Below are positions 19,907 to 29,383 of a DNA stretch of 64,000 nucleotides, piece after piece. Under the pieces are notes generated by a model that had not been told where the DNA came from, ran no database searches, and saw nothing but the letters and a program-made list of their open reading frames with translations. How positions within the stretch are numbered: position 1 is the first letter of the stretch; every line of letters begins with the position of its first letter. The stretch is from Candidatus Marinacidobacterium sp. (lineage in GTDB: Bacteria; Acidobacteriota; Vicinamibacteria; Marinacidobacterales; Marinacidobacteraceae). The stretch is from NCBI GenBank assembly GCA_965220965.1, contig OZ244852.1, positions 1,088,001 to 1,152,000 of the forward strand, in the 5' to 3' direction. The position numbers and the translations under genes are program-made.

Positions 19907-21145
19907 TTGCCCGACCGGGACGGGCGGGACCTCGCGAGGCGCGCCCGAGGCGAACTCCTCGACCTGCTCGAGGCCCTGATCGCCGAACCGAGCCCCTGCG
20001 GAAAGTCCGGCGCGGGCGCGCAGCGGGTGCTGAAGGAGTATCTGGAGGCGAACGGCTTCGTCACCGAGACCCACGAGGACGACCCGCAGACCCACATCGA
20101 CCACCCCGAATACAGCCCGCCTCCCCCCGCGGCCGAACTCCCGGTCAATCTGACCGCCCGCCCGGCGGAGAACGAACCGCTCGATCTCGTCCTGTTCGCC
20201 CATGTGGACACCGAGCCGGCCGGGGAGGGCTGGACGGCGCCGCCCCACACCCCGGTGCGGCAGGAGGGACGGCTTTACGGCCTCGGGGCCGCCGACGACA
20301 AGTCCGGGCTGGCGGCGGCCGCGGTCGCAGGGGCGCTCGCCCTGCGCCACCAGAGCCAGGCGCCCACCATCCTCAGCGTCCACGGCAAGGGTGGCGGCGC
20401 CCGGGGAACGCTGCCGACGTTCCAGCGGCTCGGCGCCGCCGGGAGCGCCGCGCTCTACGTCCATCCGCCGGAGAACGGCGCCGGGCTAGCGGTGCTCAAG
20501 ACCGAAAGCCGCGGGATCGTGGACATTGAGCTCGAGGTCCACGGCTGGCGCGGCCCGCCGGTGGAGATCGGGACCCCCGAGAGCGCCCGCTTCGAGGACG
20601 GCGGCGACGCCCTCGCCGCGTGCCTCGGGATCGTGGAGAGCGTCCGCCGCGATCTCGAGGGCGCCGAGGTCCATCTGGGCCGTCTCGACGCGGGAGAGGC
20701 GCCGGGCCTGACGCCGCTCCGGGCGTCCGCGGGGGTCCGCGTCCTGTTCGAAGGCGAGCTCACGGTCGCCCGGGTGCTGGGCGCCTTCCACGTGGCCGCC
20801 GAAACGCAGACCCGGACCCACTCCAACTCCTCGAAGTCGTTCCGCGTCGAAGTCCGGGCCCCGGGTCTTCGCGCGAACCCGGCCGTCGCACCGTGGACCG
20901 GCGCCTTCGCCGGTCAGCTCCGGACCGCGGTCGCCGGCGTCACCGGAGGCGAGCCGGCGCCATACACCCACCACCTCGCCAGTGACATCCGCTTCCCGAT
21001 CCGGATGGGGGGCGTCCCGGCGATCGGCGTGGGCTGCCGGGCGGGCGGCTTCTACGGCCCCGACGAGTGGGTGGACATCGACGACCTGGTGCGCCTCGTC
21101 GCCGTGCTTCTGGCTCTCATCGAGGCAGGGGCGGGCGGGAGTTGA
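19907..21145 (+). CDS. M20 (ArgE/DapE-like) protein with non-canonical metal site
   Basis: FAHVDTE, LYGLGAADDKSG, GPDEWV; the EE and final His ligands are absent. Confidence 0.75.
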   Translation: MPDRDGRDLARRARGELLDLLEALIAEPSPCGKSGAGAQRVLKEYLEANGFVTETHEDDPQTHIDHPEYSPPPPAAELPVNLTARPAENEPLDLVLFAHVDTEPAGEGWTAPPHTPVRQEGRLYGLGAADDKSGLAAAAVAGALALRHQSQAPTILSVHGKGGGARGTLPTFQRLGAAGSAALYVHPPENGAGLAVLKTESRGIVDIELEVHGWRGPPVEIGTPESARFEDGGDALAACLGIVESVRRDLEGAEVHLGRLDAGEAPGLTPLRASAGVRVLFEGELTVARVLGAFHVAAETQTRTHSNSSKSFRVEVRAPGLRANPAVAPWTGAFAGQLRTAVAGVTGGEPAPYTHHLASDIRFPIRMGGVPAIGVGCRAGGFYGPDEWVDIDDLVRLVAVLLALIEAGAGGS

Positions 21146-21567
21146 CCCGAGCCGGGGAGTACCCTCGGCGGAGCCGGAAGACGAGCAGCGTGACGGAACC
21201 AGTCCCGAACGATGAGGGCTCCGTGTCGGGCGCGATCCAGTTCATGCGGACGCTCCTGACCGACTGGAAGCTCAGTCATGTGGACGCCACCGCCCTCTTC
21301 GGTCTTGGTTCCCACGCGGCGCGGGAGGCCGTTCTCGCCGGACGCCAGCGCGAGCTGGGAGACGACTTGCGAGAGCGCGTCGCCCATCTGCTCTGGCTCC
21401 GGAGTTCCCTGTGGGGCCTCTTCCGCAGCCTCGAGGCCGAGAACGCCTGGCTGCGCGCATCGCACCCGCTGCTGGGAGGCCAGCGGCTCCTCCCGCTTCT
21501 TCTGACCGGCAGGAGGCGGGACCTCCTGACCGTGCGTGACTATGTGGATGCCGCTTGTGGGCGATGA
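21142..21567 (+). CDS. MbcA/ParS/Xre-like antitoxin (no RES toxin follows)
   Basis: TTGA overlap start (or GTG 21190); DDLRERVAHLLWLRSSLWGLF...NAWLRASHPLLGGQRLL...VRDYVDAACG. Confidence 0.7.
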   Translation: MTRAGEYPRRSRKTSSVTEPVPNDEGSVSGAIQFMRTLLTDWKLSHVDATALFGLGSHAAREAVLAGRQRELGDDLRERVAHLLWLRSSLWGLFRSLEAENAWLRASHPLLGGQRLLPLLLTGRRRDLLTVRDYVDAACGR

Positions 21568-21632
21568 ACCTGCGGACCTGACGGTCGTGTGAACCCCTCC
21601 GGCCGCCGTCAGGGGGGCGCGGCCGGAACCCC

Positions 21633-22631
21633 TCAGCGGCCGTTCGTCCCCGCCTTCTCCCGCTTCGCCAGCATCAGGTCGCTGAGCTTCTCCCCGCGCC
21701 CCGGTTCGGACCAGGGGCAGACCTCGATGCAGATCGCGCAGCCGAAGGTCTTGGTGAAGTAGGGGACGCACTTGTCGAAGTCGACATACCAGCGCTTCTC
21801 CCCGCGCACCCACTGCTTCTCCTCGTAGATCGCATCGGGAGGGCAGTCGATCACGCAGCGCCGGCAGTGGACGCAGACATCGTCCACGCCGATGTCCACC
21901 GGCGCATCCGGCGCCATCGGCATGTCGGTCAGCACGGCCGCCAGCCGGAAGTTGGAACCGTGCTCCCGGCTGATCATCGAGCCGTGCTTCCCCAACTGCC
22001 CGAGTCCGGCGCGGACCGCCAGCGGGATGTGGAGGATGTCGGTCGCGTTCGGGTCTCCGTAGGCCTTCGCCGGCCACCCCCGCTTCCGGATGGCCTTTCC
22101 GACGCGCATCGCGATGAGCGCCACCTCCCGGTAGGCGCGCATGACCTCGGCGGCGCCGCGCGGCCGGGCGGCGTACTGCATCTCCTCGCGCTCCATCGGC
22201 AGCCCGAGGCAGACCACGTAGGGGTGCGGCGCCTTCTTGCCGGCGAACACGTCGGTCTCGGTGACCTCCGTGATCCCCACGAGCGTGGCCCCCGCCCGCG
22301 CCGCCGCGGCCTTCGCGAAGGCGGCGTTGCCTTCCGCGCCTTCATCCACGACCCGCCGCGCCACCGGCCCGCGTTCCGCGCGCAGGTCGAACTTGTTCAG
22401 GAGCCGGTGCCGGACGACCTGCCACGGGTTCAGGCACATGAAAAAGTCGTCGAGCCCCTGCCAGGCGATGGTCCGGTCCGGGTCGGCGTTGTGGAACACC
22501 TGGTCCGCCCGTCGCTTCGCCTTCTCGCCAAGACCGTTGATCGCGTTGCCCGACACCGGCGGCTCCCGGTAGCCGAACGCGTATTCCGCCGGCGGGACCG
22601 GAGCCAGCTTCCAGCGCGCCTTCCCGTTCAT
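21633..22631 (-). CDS. Reductive dehalogenase-like cobalamin / 2x[4Fe-4S] protein, no Tat signal
   Basis: GATLVGI, MRAY, IPLAVRAGLGQLGKHG, VLTDMPM, CxxCxxCxxxCP and C-x9-CxxCxxxCPW. Confidence 0.75.
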   Translation of the reverse strand: MNGKARWKLAPVPPAEYAFGYREPPVSGNAINGLGEKAKRRADQVFHNADPDRTIAWQGLDDFFMCLNPWQVVRHRLLNKFDLRAERGPVARRVVDEGAEGNAAFAKAAAARAGATLVGITEVTETDVFAGKKAPHPYVVCLGLPMEREEMQYAARPRGAAEVMRAYREVALIAMRVGKAIRKRGWPAKAYGDPNATDILHIPLAVRAGLGQLGKHGSMISREHGSNFRLAAVLTDMPMAPDAPVDIGVDDVCVHCRRCVIDCPPDAIYEEKQWVRGEKRWYVDFDKCVPYFTKTFGCAICIEVCPWSEPGRGEKLSDLMLAKREKAGTNGR

Positions 22632-22837
22632 TTCGCCGCCCCCGGCCCGTCCTCGACGAAGGGCCCCCGGTCGAGCCAGATCGTCGCTCCGGTCCGCTGC
22701 GCCTCCCCGTAGCGCTGCCGGACCCGGCGCGCCTTCGTCAGGTAGAGCCCGACGAACCGCACCGAGACGAGCAGGAACTTCACCGTGCGCCAGCGCCGGA
22801 TCAGGAAGCCGCCGACGCCGCGCGATGTCTCGTCCAT
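22628..22837 (-). CDS. Small hypothetical protein (69 aa) translationally coupled to the RdhA-like gene
   Basis: ATGA overlap with the next gene; TAGAAT -10 box 6 nt upstream of the ATG; one hydrophobic stretch. Confidence 0.6.
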   Translation of the reverse strand: MDETSRGVGGFLIRRWRTVKFLLVSVRFVGLYLTKARRVRQRYGEAQRTGATIWLDRGPFVEDGPGAAK

Positions 22838-22984
22838 GGCCGGATTCTAGGGGTGAGACGGTTCGCCGCGGCCCGGCCAGGCCCGTCGACCAGGGCGCGG
22901 ACCCCCGCGACGAGCCTCCACGCGACCCCATCTCGACTATCGCACAGTGTTGATACGGAAATAACTCTGTTTTCCGCATGAAAT

Positions 22985-23000
22985 ATGCTGATATCAGCAT
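22985..23000. promoter_or_regulatory. Perfect 16-bp palindrome ATGCTGATATCAGCAT, putative operator
   Basis: Read directly; in an AT-rich divergent intergenic region 5 nt before the ATPase GTG. Confidence 0.5.
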
Positions 23001-23005
23001 TTCCC

Positions 23006-24169
23006 GTGACCCCATCCCGCTTCCTTCCGCGTCGTCTGCCGCTCGCGGACGACCTCCGGAACCGCTCGGTCTTCCTGTTCGGCCCGCGGCAGACCGGCAA
23101 GAGCACGCTTCTACGTCACCTCTTCCCGCAGTCGCCGTCGTTCAACCTGCTCCGGGGCGAAGTCTTCCTCCGCCTGGCGCGCGAGCCGGGGCGTCTCCGG
23201 CAGGAACTGGCCGCCGCCTCGCCGTTCGAGGGCCCGGTCGTGATCGACGAGATCCAGAAGTTGCCGGGACTCCTCGACGAGGTTCACCACCTGATCGAGA
23301 GCCGAGGGCTCCGCTTCGTTCTCGCCGCCAGCAGCCCGGTGAAGCTGCGCCGGGGCGGAGTGAACCTGCTCGGGGGCCGGGCGCGCACCCGCATGCTCCT
23401 GCCGTTCGTCTCCGCCGAGACGCCGGACCGGGACCTCATCCACGCCGTGAATCGCGGCGGCCTCCCCCCGGTCCACTTCTCGGGCGAGCCGGACGAGGAC
23501 CTCCGCGCCTACTGCGGCTCCTACGTCCGCCTCGAGGTCCAGGCGGAGGGCCTGGTCCGCGGCGTCGAGCCCTACTCCCGGTTCCTCGCCGCCGCCGGCG
23601 CGAGCTACGCCCAGCCGATCGTCTTCGAGCGGATCGCTTCCGACGCGCAGGTTCCCGCCCGGACGGTCCGCGAGTACTTCCAGGTCCTCGAGGACACGCT
23701 GCTCGGAACCCTGCTGCCGCCGTTCACGCCCCGGGCGGGGAAGCGCAAGCCGGTGTCCCGGGCGAAGCTGTTCTTCTTCGACCCGGGCGTCGCCCGGACG
23801 CTGGCCTCAATCGGCGAGATCCGGCCGGGCAGCCCGCCGTTCGGTCCGGCGGTGGAGCAGCTCGTCTTCTGCGAACTTCGGGCGTGGCTCGCCTACGCCC
23901 GCGACCCCCGCCCACTGACATGGTGGCGGACGGCCGACGGCTCCGAGGTCGACTTCGTGGTGGGCGACGAGGTCGCGATCGAGGTCAAGGCCACCGGCTC
24001 CGTCACCGGCCGGGACCTGAAGGGCCTGAAGCGCCTTCACGCCGAGACGCCGCTACGCCGCGGGTTCCTCGTCTGCCGGGAGCCCGCGGCGCGGATCGTG
24101 GACGGCGTCCGCATCCTGCCGGTCTCCCGGTTCCTCGAGGAGCTCTGGACCGGCGAGGCTCTCGGGTGA
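23006..24169 (+). CDS. AAA_14 ATPase with DUF4143 / PD-(D/E)XK-like C-terminus
   Basis: GPRQTGKST, IDEIQK, GGLP, KLFFFDPG, EVDFV...IEVK. Confidence 0.88.
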   Translation: MTPSRFLPRRLPLADDLRNRSVFLFGPRQTGKSTLLRHLFPQSPSFNLLRGEVFLRLAREPGRLRQELAAASPFEGPVVIDEIQKLPGLLDEVHHLIESRGLRFVLAASSPVKLRRGGVNLLGGRARTRMLLPFVSAETPDRDLIHAVNRGGLPPVHFSGEPDEDLRAYCGSYVRLEVQAEGLVRGVEPYSRFLAAAGASYAQPIVFERIASDAQVPARTVREYFQVLEDTLLGTLLPPFTPRAGKRKPVSRAKLFFFDPGVARTLASIGEIRPGSPPFGPAVEQLVFCELRAWLAYARDPRPLTWWRTADGSEVDFVVGDEVAIEVKATGSVTGRDLKGLKRLHAETPLRRGFLVCREPAARIVDGVRILPVSRFLEELWTGEALG

Positions 24170-24228
24170 CGACGCCGCGTTCGAGCCCTGCCGCCCGGTA
24201 GGCTGGCCCGGTCCGGAGGACACCGCCC

Positions 24229-24702
24229 ATGGAGACTTCGAAGCGAGTGCGCACCTGTCTCTGGTTCGACGACCAGGGACACGAGGCCGCGGAGTTCTAC
24301 GTCTCGCTGCTGCCCGGGAGCGCGATCGAGAGCGTGTTCCGCCGCGGCGACGACGCGCCGCCGCTGGTGGTGGACTTCCACCTGTCCGGGACGCCCTACC
24401 AGGCGCTCAATGGAGGTCCGCACTTCAAGCACTCGCCCGCCGCGTCGATCGTGGTCATGACGAAGGACCAGCCGGAAACCGACCGCCTCTGGACCGCGCT
24501 CACCGCGAACGGCGGAGAGGAGAGCCGCTGCGGCTGGCTGGTGGACCGCTACGGCGTCTCGTGGCAGATCGTCCCCGAGGTCACCCTCCGGATGATCCAG
24601 GACCCGGACCGCGAGGCGGCGCAGCGCGCCTGGGACGCCATGCTCACGATGAACCGGCTGGACATCGCGGCGATGGAGGCGGCGTTCCAGAGCGAGGACT
24701 GA
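24229..24702 (+). CDS. VOC family protein (PhnB / 3-demethylubiquinone MTase-like)
   Basis: CLWFD, EAAEFY, LNGGP, CGWLVDRYGVSWQI. Confidence 0.9.
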   Translation: METSKRVRTCLWFDDQGHEAAEFYVSLLPGSAIESVFRRGDDAPPLVVDFHLSGTPYQALNGGPHFKHSPAASIVVMTKDQPETDRLWTALTANGGEESRCGWLVDRYGVSWQIVPEVTLRMIQDPDREAAQRAWDAMLTMNRLDIAAMEAAFQSED

Positions 24703-24731
24703 AGCCGGCGCGCCGGCGGCGGACCCCGCCG

Positions 24732-25520
24732 TCAGAACCCGAGGACGACGAGGAGCTGCGGCAGGAACTCGTGGGCGCCGGCGACGCCGAACTTGTTCCG
24801 CCAGACCTGGAGCTCGACTCCCACCAGCACTCTCCCGACGGCATCCCAGAGCGACTCGCCGAGGTCGTAGCGCACCTGCGGCTGGAGGAGGACGACATGG
24901 GGCGTCCGTCCGCCGGCCTCGTTCCCCGTCGGGCGCTGCCACTCCGCGTGGCCCTCCACGGAGAACGACCTTCCGCCGACCTCGAAGGGACGGGACCAGT
25001 TGAAGTCGACGCCGAGGCGCGCGTCATTCCGGGGCCCGCCACCGCCCTCCAGCCCGGCGCTGCGATCCAGAAGCCAGAGGAAGTCCAGGTTCGCGAAGGC
25101 GAAGCCGGGCAGGTCCAGCGCCAGCCGCACGCCGGGGGCGAGGATCGTGAGCGCGGGCTGCGCCCCCCAGTTCAGCCCTCCGATGACCCCGATGTCCCGG
25201 ACCGGCCCGAACGAGAGCTCCCGGTCAGCCAGCGCCCCGAGACTGAGGGTCGGGTACCACTCCAGGTACATGTCGCGGTTCGACACCGGCTCCGAGCAGC
25301 AGACCATGTCCACGAAGAAGAAGTTGTCCCCGTGGCTCCACGCGCTCGCGTGCTGGAGCGTCAGGGTGTGCTGGATCCCGGGCGGGCTGAGCGCCCCCGC
25401 GACGACCGCCGGGCCGCCCTGGTAGTGGAACTCGGTGCGGCTGAACCCCTGGGCCGCCGCCACCGCCGGGAACGCCGCGACCGCCATCAGGGCCAGCCAG
25501 GAAGGAGCCGACCGTCGCAT
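24732..25520 (-). CDS. Tsx-like nucleoside-specific outer membrane channel
   Basis: Signal peptide, TLQHASAWSHGDNFFFVD, QPQVRYD, WRNKFG, terminal Phe. Confidence 0.75.
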   Translation of the reverse strand: MRRSAPSWLALMAVAAFPAVAAAQGFSRTEFHYQGGPAVVAGALSPPGIQHTLTLQHASAWSHGDNFFFVDMVCCSEPVSNRDMYLEWYPTLSLGALADRELSFGPVRDIGVIGGLNWGAQPALTILAPGVRLALDLPGFAFANLDFLWLLDRSAGLEGGGGPRNDARLGVDFNWSRPFEVGGRSFSVEGHAEWQRPTGNEAGGRTPHVVLLQPQVRYDLGESLWDAVGRVLVGVELQVWRNKFGVAGAHEFLPQLLVVLGF

Positions 25521-25559
25521 CACCGGGCGGCTCTCCGCGCCGCGCTTCGGCCCGAATGA

Positions 25560-25628
25560 AACCGTTTTGGAAGCCAAGAGCTCAAAACGAATCGATTTGG
25601 AAGGCCTGTAACCGTTTTGGTACCCAAA
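25560..25628. promoter_or_regulatory. Repeated TTGG-N3-CCAA operator-like sites upstream of the porin
   Basis: AACCGTTTTGG repeated 50 bp apart; TTGG-AAG-CCAA (25567-77), TTTGG-TAC-CCAAA (25616-28) and a partial middle copy. Confidence 0.45.
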
Positions 25629-25682
25629 GTACGCCCGTGGCCCCGGACCGCCGCCCGCAGCCCCGGACCGCGCTGAACCGGC

Positions 25683-28283
25683 CTACTCTCCGACCAGGGC
25701 GTTGAAGAACAGCTTGAACGTCCCGTGGGTCTGCGCCCGGTGCTGCGCGCGGAACCCGATCATCACGATCGTCCCGTCGCCGTGCTCCACGGACACCATC
25801 CCCGCCTTGTTGGCGATGGCTTCCTCGCCGAGCAGCCAGCCGCTCTGGAGGATGTCGCGGTCCACGTAGGTCAGGACCCGGTGGACCCGGTCGCTGTGCG
25901 GCCCGGGAATCGTCTCGTAGACCTGTCCCCCGGCGAGGTAGGCGATGAGCGCGTCCTCCGGCATCCCGTAGGCGTAGGGGCTCGCCGTGTCCACATCGAC
26001 CCGGAGGGTGGACCCCGGCGCCCAGAACCCGTCGCCCCACATGCCCGCGACCGCGTCGCGCACCGGGACGTCGAACTCGTCGAGGACGAGCTGTCCGGCC
26101 TGGGCGAAGGTCACGAGCGTGCCGCCGTTCTGAACGAACGCCTCGAGCGCCTCGACCCCCTCGGCGCCGAAGCCGCTCTGATAGTCCGGCGGCGTGAGGC
26201 CCGGATCGGAACGCCCCAGCATCATCTCCTTCGAGTCGGCGGGGAGGACGATCACGTCCCAGCGCTCGTGGAGGTCGCCGGCGAGGATCTCCGGATCGAA
26301 CAGGCTGGTGTATTCGAAGTCGAACATCTCGAGCAGCAGCCGGGTCCAGCCCTCGTCCATGTTGCCGCCGTAGTAGCGCTGGTACATCCCGATCCGCTGT
26401 TGGGATAGCGGGGTTCCCGAGGACAGCGCCTCCGCCGAAATCGCGCTGAAGTCCACTCCGGTGGCCTCCGCCACCTCTTCGAGCGTCGCCGCCGCGACCC
26501 CGGGCGCCACCAGGAAGTCGCCGCGGTGGACCCCGTCCCCGTCCTCGGTGGCGCGCCGGACCGAAGCCTCCGCGCCGAACAGCAGGTTGACCGCCCGGAA
26601 CGCGTCATTCAGCGCGCCGTCGATCCGGTAGCCGCCGGGCGCCGAGGAGGCGACGGACCCCGCAGCGAGCATGCGGTCGGAAACCACCTCGAGGTCCGCT
26701 TCGACCGGCGTCCTCGCCTCGTCGACCCGCACCCCCATGAACTCTGCGAGGACATCGCCCGACATGTCGTAGGGCCGGATCGGGTCGCCGTCGGCGGTCC
26801 GGGTGTAGCTGTTGTCCGGGTAGAAGGTCCGGCCGAGCAGCCAGCGGATGACCCCGCGCTTCGGCTGCGCCAGCGAGATGACCCAGCTCCCCGGCCCGTA
26901 GACCCGCCCCTCGTGCGTGAACCCTGACGGCGAGCGCTCGACGGTGATCCCCTGGAGGAGCAGCTTGTCGACCATCTTCCCCATCGTGAGCGGGTCGTGC
27001 TGACTGGCGGGGACGATGTAGGCCTTCACCTCGTCCTCGGCGCCGCGCCGGATCTGGCGGCTGCTCTTGTTCCAGGCGTTTCGCAGGACGATCTCGCGGT
27101 TCCGGGCGGCGATCTCGAGCGGCGAGAAGGTGGCGACGATCTGGCGGTCCACGATGTCGCGCACCCGCCACCAGCCGCCCGGCCACGGGTTCGGGAAGGT
27201 CGTCTGCGCCTCGTACTCGGGCAACTGGCGCGAGCCCCGCAACTGGTCCGGGTGGACATAGAGCGGCGTCGCCAGCCGCGCGCTCGCCGACTCGGTGAGC
27301 ATCCCGGCGATGTTGTGGAAGGGGGTGATCCAGTGGAATCCGAAGTGCCCCCAGCCGGAGTAGATCGCGGCGTTCACCGTGCCCTCGAAGCCCTCTTCCT
27401 CCATCCGGTAGGCCATGTGGGCGCCGTACCAGGCCATTTCTCGCCAGACGATCGGGTCCCCGCCCGGGCGGATCGGCTCGGCGTAGGGCGGCAGGTAGAT
27501 GCGCGCGGTGTAGGCGCCCATCTGGTGGTGGTCGATGAACCCCTGCGGGATCCACTCCCGGAAGAGGACATCGGCGGCGTAGCGCGACTCGACCGTGTTC
27601 TGCATGAAGGCGTCGCGGTTGTTGTCGTGCCCGATGTAGTGGTGGTACAGCCCCGGCGGGCCCGCGCCCTCGTGCTCGGTCCCGACCCAGCGGTCGTACC
27701 ACTCGTTCACCAGGTCCACGCCGTCCGGGTTCAGGGCGGGGAAGAGGATGGAGATCGTGTTGTCGAGGATCTCGTGGATCCCGGGGTCGTCGCGGGTCGC
27801 GAAGAGCCACGCGATCTCGGCGGCCGCCTGGCTGGCGGCGACTTCCGTCGAGTGGAGTGCGTAGGCCTGGACGAAGACGACCTTCCCATCGGAAATGGCC
27901 GAGGCGATTTCCTCCTCGGAGTGGCCGCGCGGATCCTGCAGGACCGCGTTCATCCGCTGAAACTCGTCGAGCCGCGCCAGATTCTCCGGGGACGAAACGA
28001 ACAGCACGAGGAACGGCCGCCCGAGCGTCGAATTCCCCACGTTCACGACCTGAACCCGGTCGCTCGCCTCGCCGATCAGCTCGTAGTACTCGACGAGCGG
28101 GGCCCAGTGGACGAGCTTGCGGTCCGCGCCCATTTGGTGGCCGAAGAACTCCTCGGGGGAGGGGATCTGGGCCGTAGCCAGTCCCGCCGGGAGCAGCGCG
28201 AAGAGCGCGGCGCCCAGGAAGGCGGACCGGACGAGCATCCGGTGTCGGGGAAGGGGAGTGCGGAGGGAGCGGGAAGTCGTCAT
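25683..28283 (-). CDS. Exported M14 zinc carboxypeptidase family protein
   Basis: HSTE (HxxE), NPDG, DNNRD, DHHQMG; C-terminal glutamine-amidotransferase-like domain. Confidence 0.88.
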   Translation of the reverse strand: MTTSRSLRTPLPRHRMLVRSAFLGAALFALLPAGLATAQIPSPEEFFGHQMGADRKLVHWAPLVEYYELIGEASDRVQVVNVGNSTLGRPFLVLFVSSPENLARLDEFQRMNAVLQDPRGHSEEEIASAISDGKVVFVQAYALHSTEVAASQAAAEIAWLFATRDDPGIHEILDNTISILFPALNPDGVDLVNEWYDRWVGTEHEGAGPPGLYHHYIGHDNNRDAFMQNTVESRYAADVLFREWIPQGFIDHHQMGAYTARIYLPPYAEPIRPGGDPIVWREMAWYGAHMAYRMEEEGFEGTVNAAIYSGWGHFGFHWITPFHNIAGMLTESASARLATPLYVHPDQLRGSRQLPEYEAQTTFPNPWPGGWWRVRDIVDRQIVATFSPLEIAARNREIVLRNAWNKSSRQIRRGAEDEVKAYIVPASQHDPLTMGKMVDKLLLQGITVERSPSGFTHEGRVYGPGSWVISLAQPKRGVIRWLLGRTFYPDNSYTRTADGDPIRPYDMSGDVLAEFMGVRVDEARTPVEADLEVVSDRMLAAGSVASSAPGGYRIDGALNDAFRAVNLLFGAEASVRRATEDGDGVHRGDFLVAPGVAAATLEEVAEATGVDFSAISAEALSSGTPLSQQRIGMYQRYYGGNMDEGWTRLLLEMFDFEYTSLFDPEILAGDLHERWDVIVLPADSKEMMLGRSDPGLTPPDYQSGFGAEGVEALEAFVQNGGTLVTFAQAGQLVLDEFDVPVRDAVAGMWGDGFWAPGSTLRVDVDTASPYAYGMPEDALIAYLAGGQVYETIPGPHSDRVHRVLTYVDRDILQSGWLLGEEAIANKAGMVSVEHGDGTIVMIGFRAQHRAQTHGTFKLFFNALVGE

Positions 28284-28680
28284 GTCGGAACCGGGGATCG
28301 TGTCAGAAGCGGCGGGGTGGACGGCCCGGTCGGAAGGAGGGCGCCGCCGGAGGACCGCACGGCGCGGTCAGGCGGAGAGATCCCCGGGCGCTTCGTCAGG
28401 TTCTTCCATCGCGCGATCGAGGGCCTCGCGAATCGCGGAGATCATCTGGGCGAAGGTCAGGACGGCCCCGCCGTGAAGCTTGATCGCCGCCACACCGACA
28501 GGTACGCCTCGTGAGCCCCGAGACGCCCGCGGGACCCCGTCCGGCCGGACGTCCGGGAAGAGGGGTTCCCGGAGGCGGAAGTCACCGCGGCGACTCTCCG
28601 CTACGCTAACCCCCCTCTTTGCGCCGTGGCGGCCACCGTCGGCGCCTGAGCGCGCCCCCAACTGACCCGCGGAGGTCCCA

Positions 28681-29304
28681 ATGACGAACTCTGACCCCTC
28701 GAAACGAGACGCGAGCAAGGACTCCCTGCACTCTTTGTTTCGGGAGAAACTGATCGAACACTTTCTGGTGGGCGAGTTGCTCAAGCACTCCTGGTCACGA
28801 GGGGATTGCGCGCTCGAGATCTCCCGACCCGAAGTCGACCGGGCAGGCTACGACCTGGTGGCCGAACATGGCGATGTCCTGCGGCACATTCAACTGAAGG
28901 CATCACGGCAGGGCGCGGCGACCGGAAAGCTCAACATCCATCTCGACCTTGCGAAGAAACCCTCCGCGTGCGTCGTCTGGGTCGTCTTTGACGAGGATTC
29001 GCTCGCCCTTACTGAATTTCGGTTCTTCGGAGAGGAGCCTGGACAGAGACTGGCGTGCCTCTGCGACCACGAGGTCGCGAAGCACACGAAGGCCAATGCG
29101 GATGGAGTCAAGACCGAACGACCCAACCTCCGTGTGCTGAGGAAGAAGCACTTTCGCGAGCTGAGCGGAGTCAAGGAGCTGTGGTCCGCGCTGTTCGGTG
29201 CGGAGCAACCTGTCGAGGAACCGGATTCATCCACGTGTCCGAAGTGCGGCGGCGAAGACCGAGCGCCGGCCATGACGTCGGTCTCAACGGAGGAGTCACA
29301 CTAG
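28681..29304 (+). CDS. Putative PD-(D/E)XK nuclease
   Basis: EVDRAGYDLV...HIQLKAS pattern; atypical codon usage. Confidence 0.6.
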   Translation: MTNSDPSKRDASKDSLHSLFREKLIEHFLVGELLKHSWSRGDCALEISRPEVDRAGYDLVAEHGDVLRHIQLKASRQGAATGKLNIHLDLAKKPSACVVWVVFDEDSLALTEFRFFGEEPGQRLACLCDHEVAKHTKANADGVKTERPNLRVLRKKHFRELSGVKELWSALFGAEQPVEEPDSSTCPKCGGEDRAPAMTSVSTEESH

Positions 29305-29383
29305 CGCGATATAGCCGCGAAATCAGGGAGACAGCGCCTGGTCCGGCCGCGACCAGTACCGCGCCGCTCGGTGCCGACGCTCT

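Noticed and set aside
21598-21627. GC hairpin between convergent genes
   Set aside because: A 9-bp stem without a U-tract is common at this GC content, so it is not called as a terminator.
28368-28680. Small ORFs at the left edge of the defence region
   Set aside because: No recognisable motif, start signal or boundary repeat.
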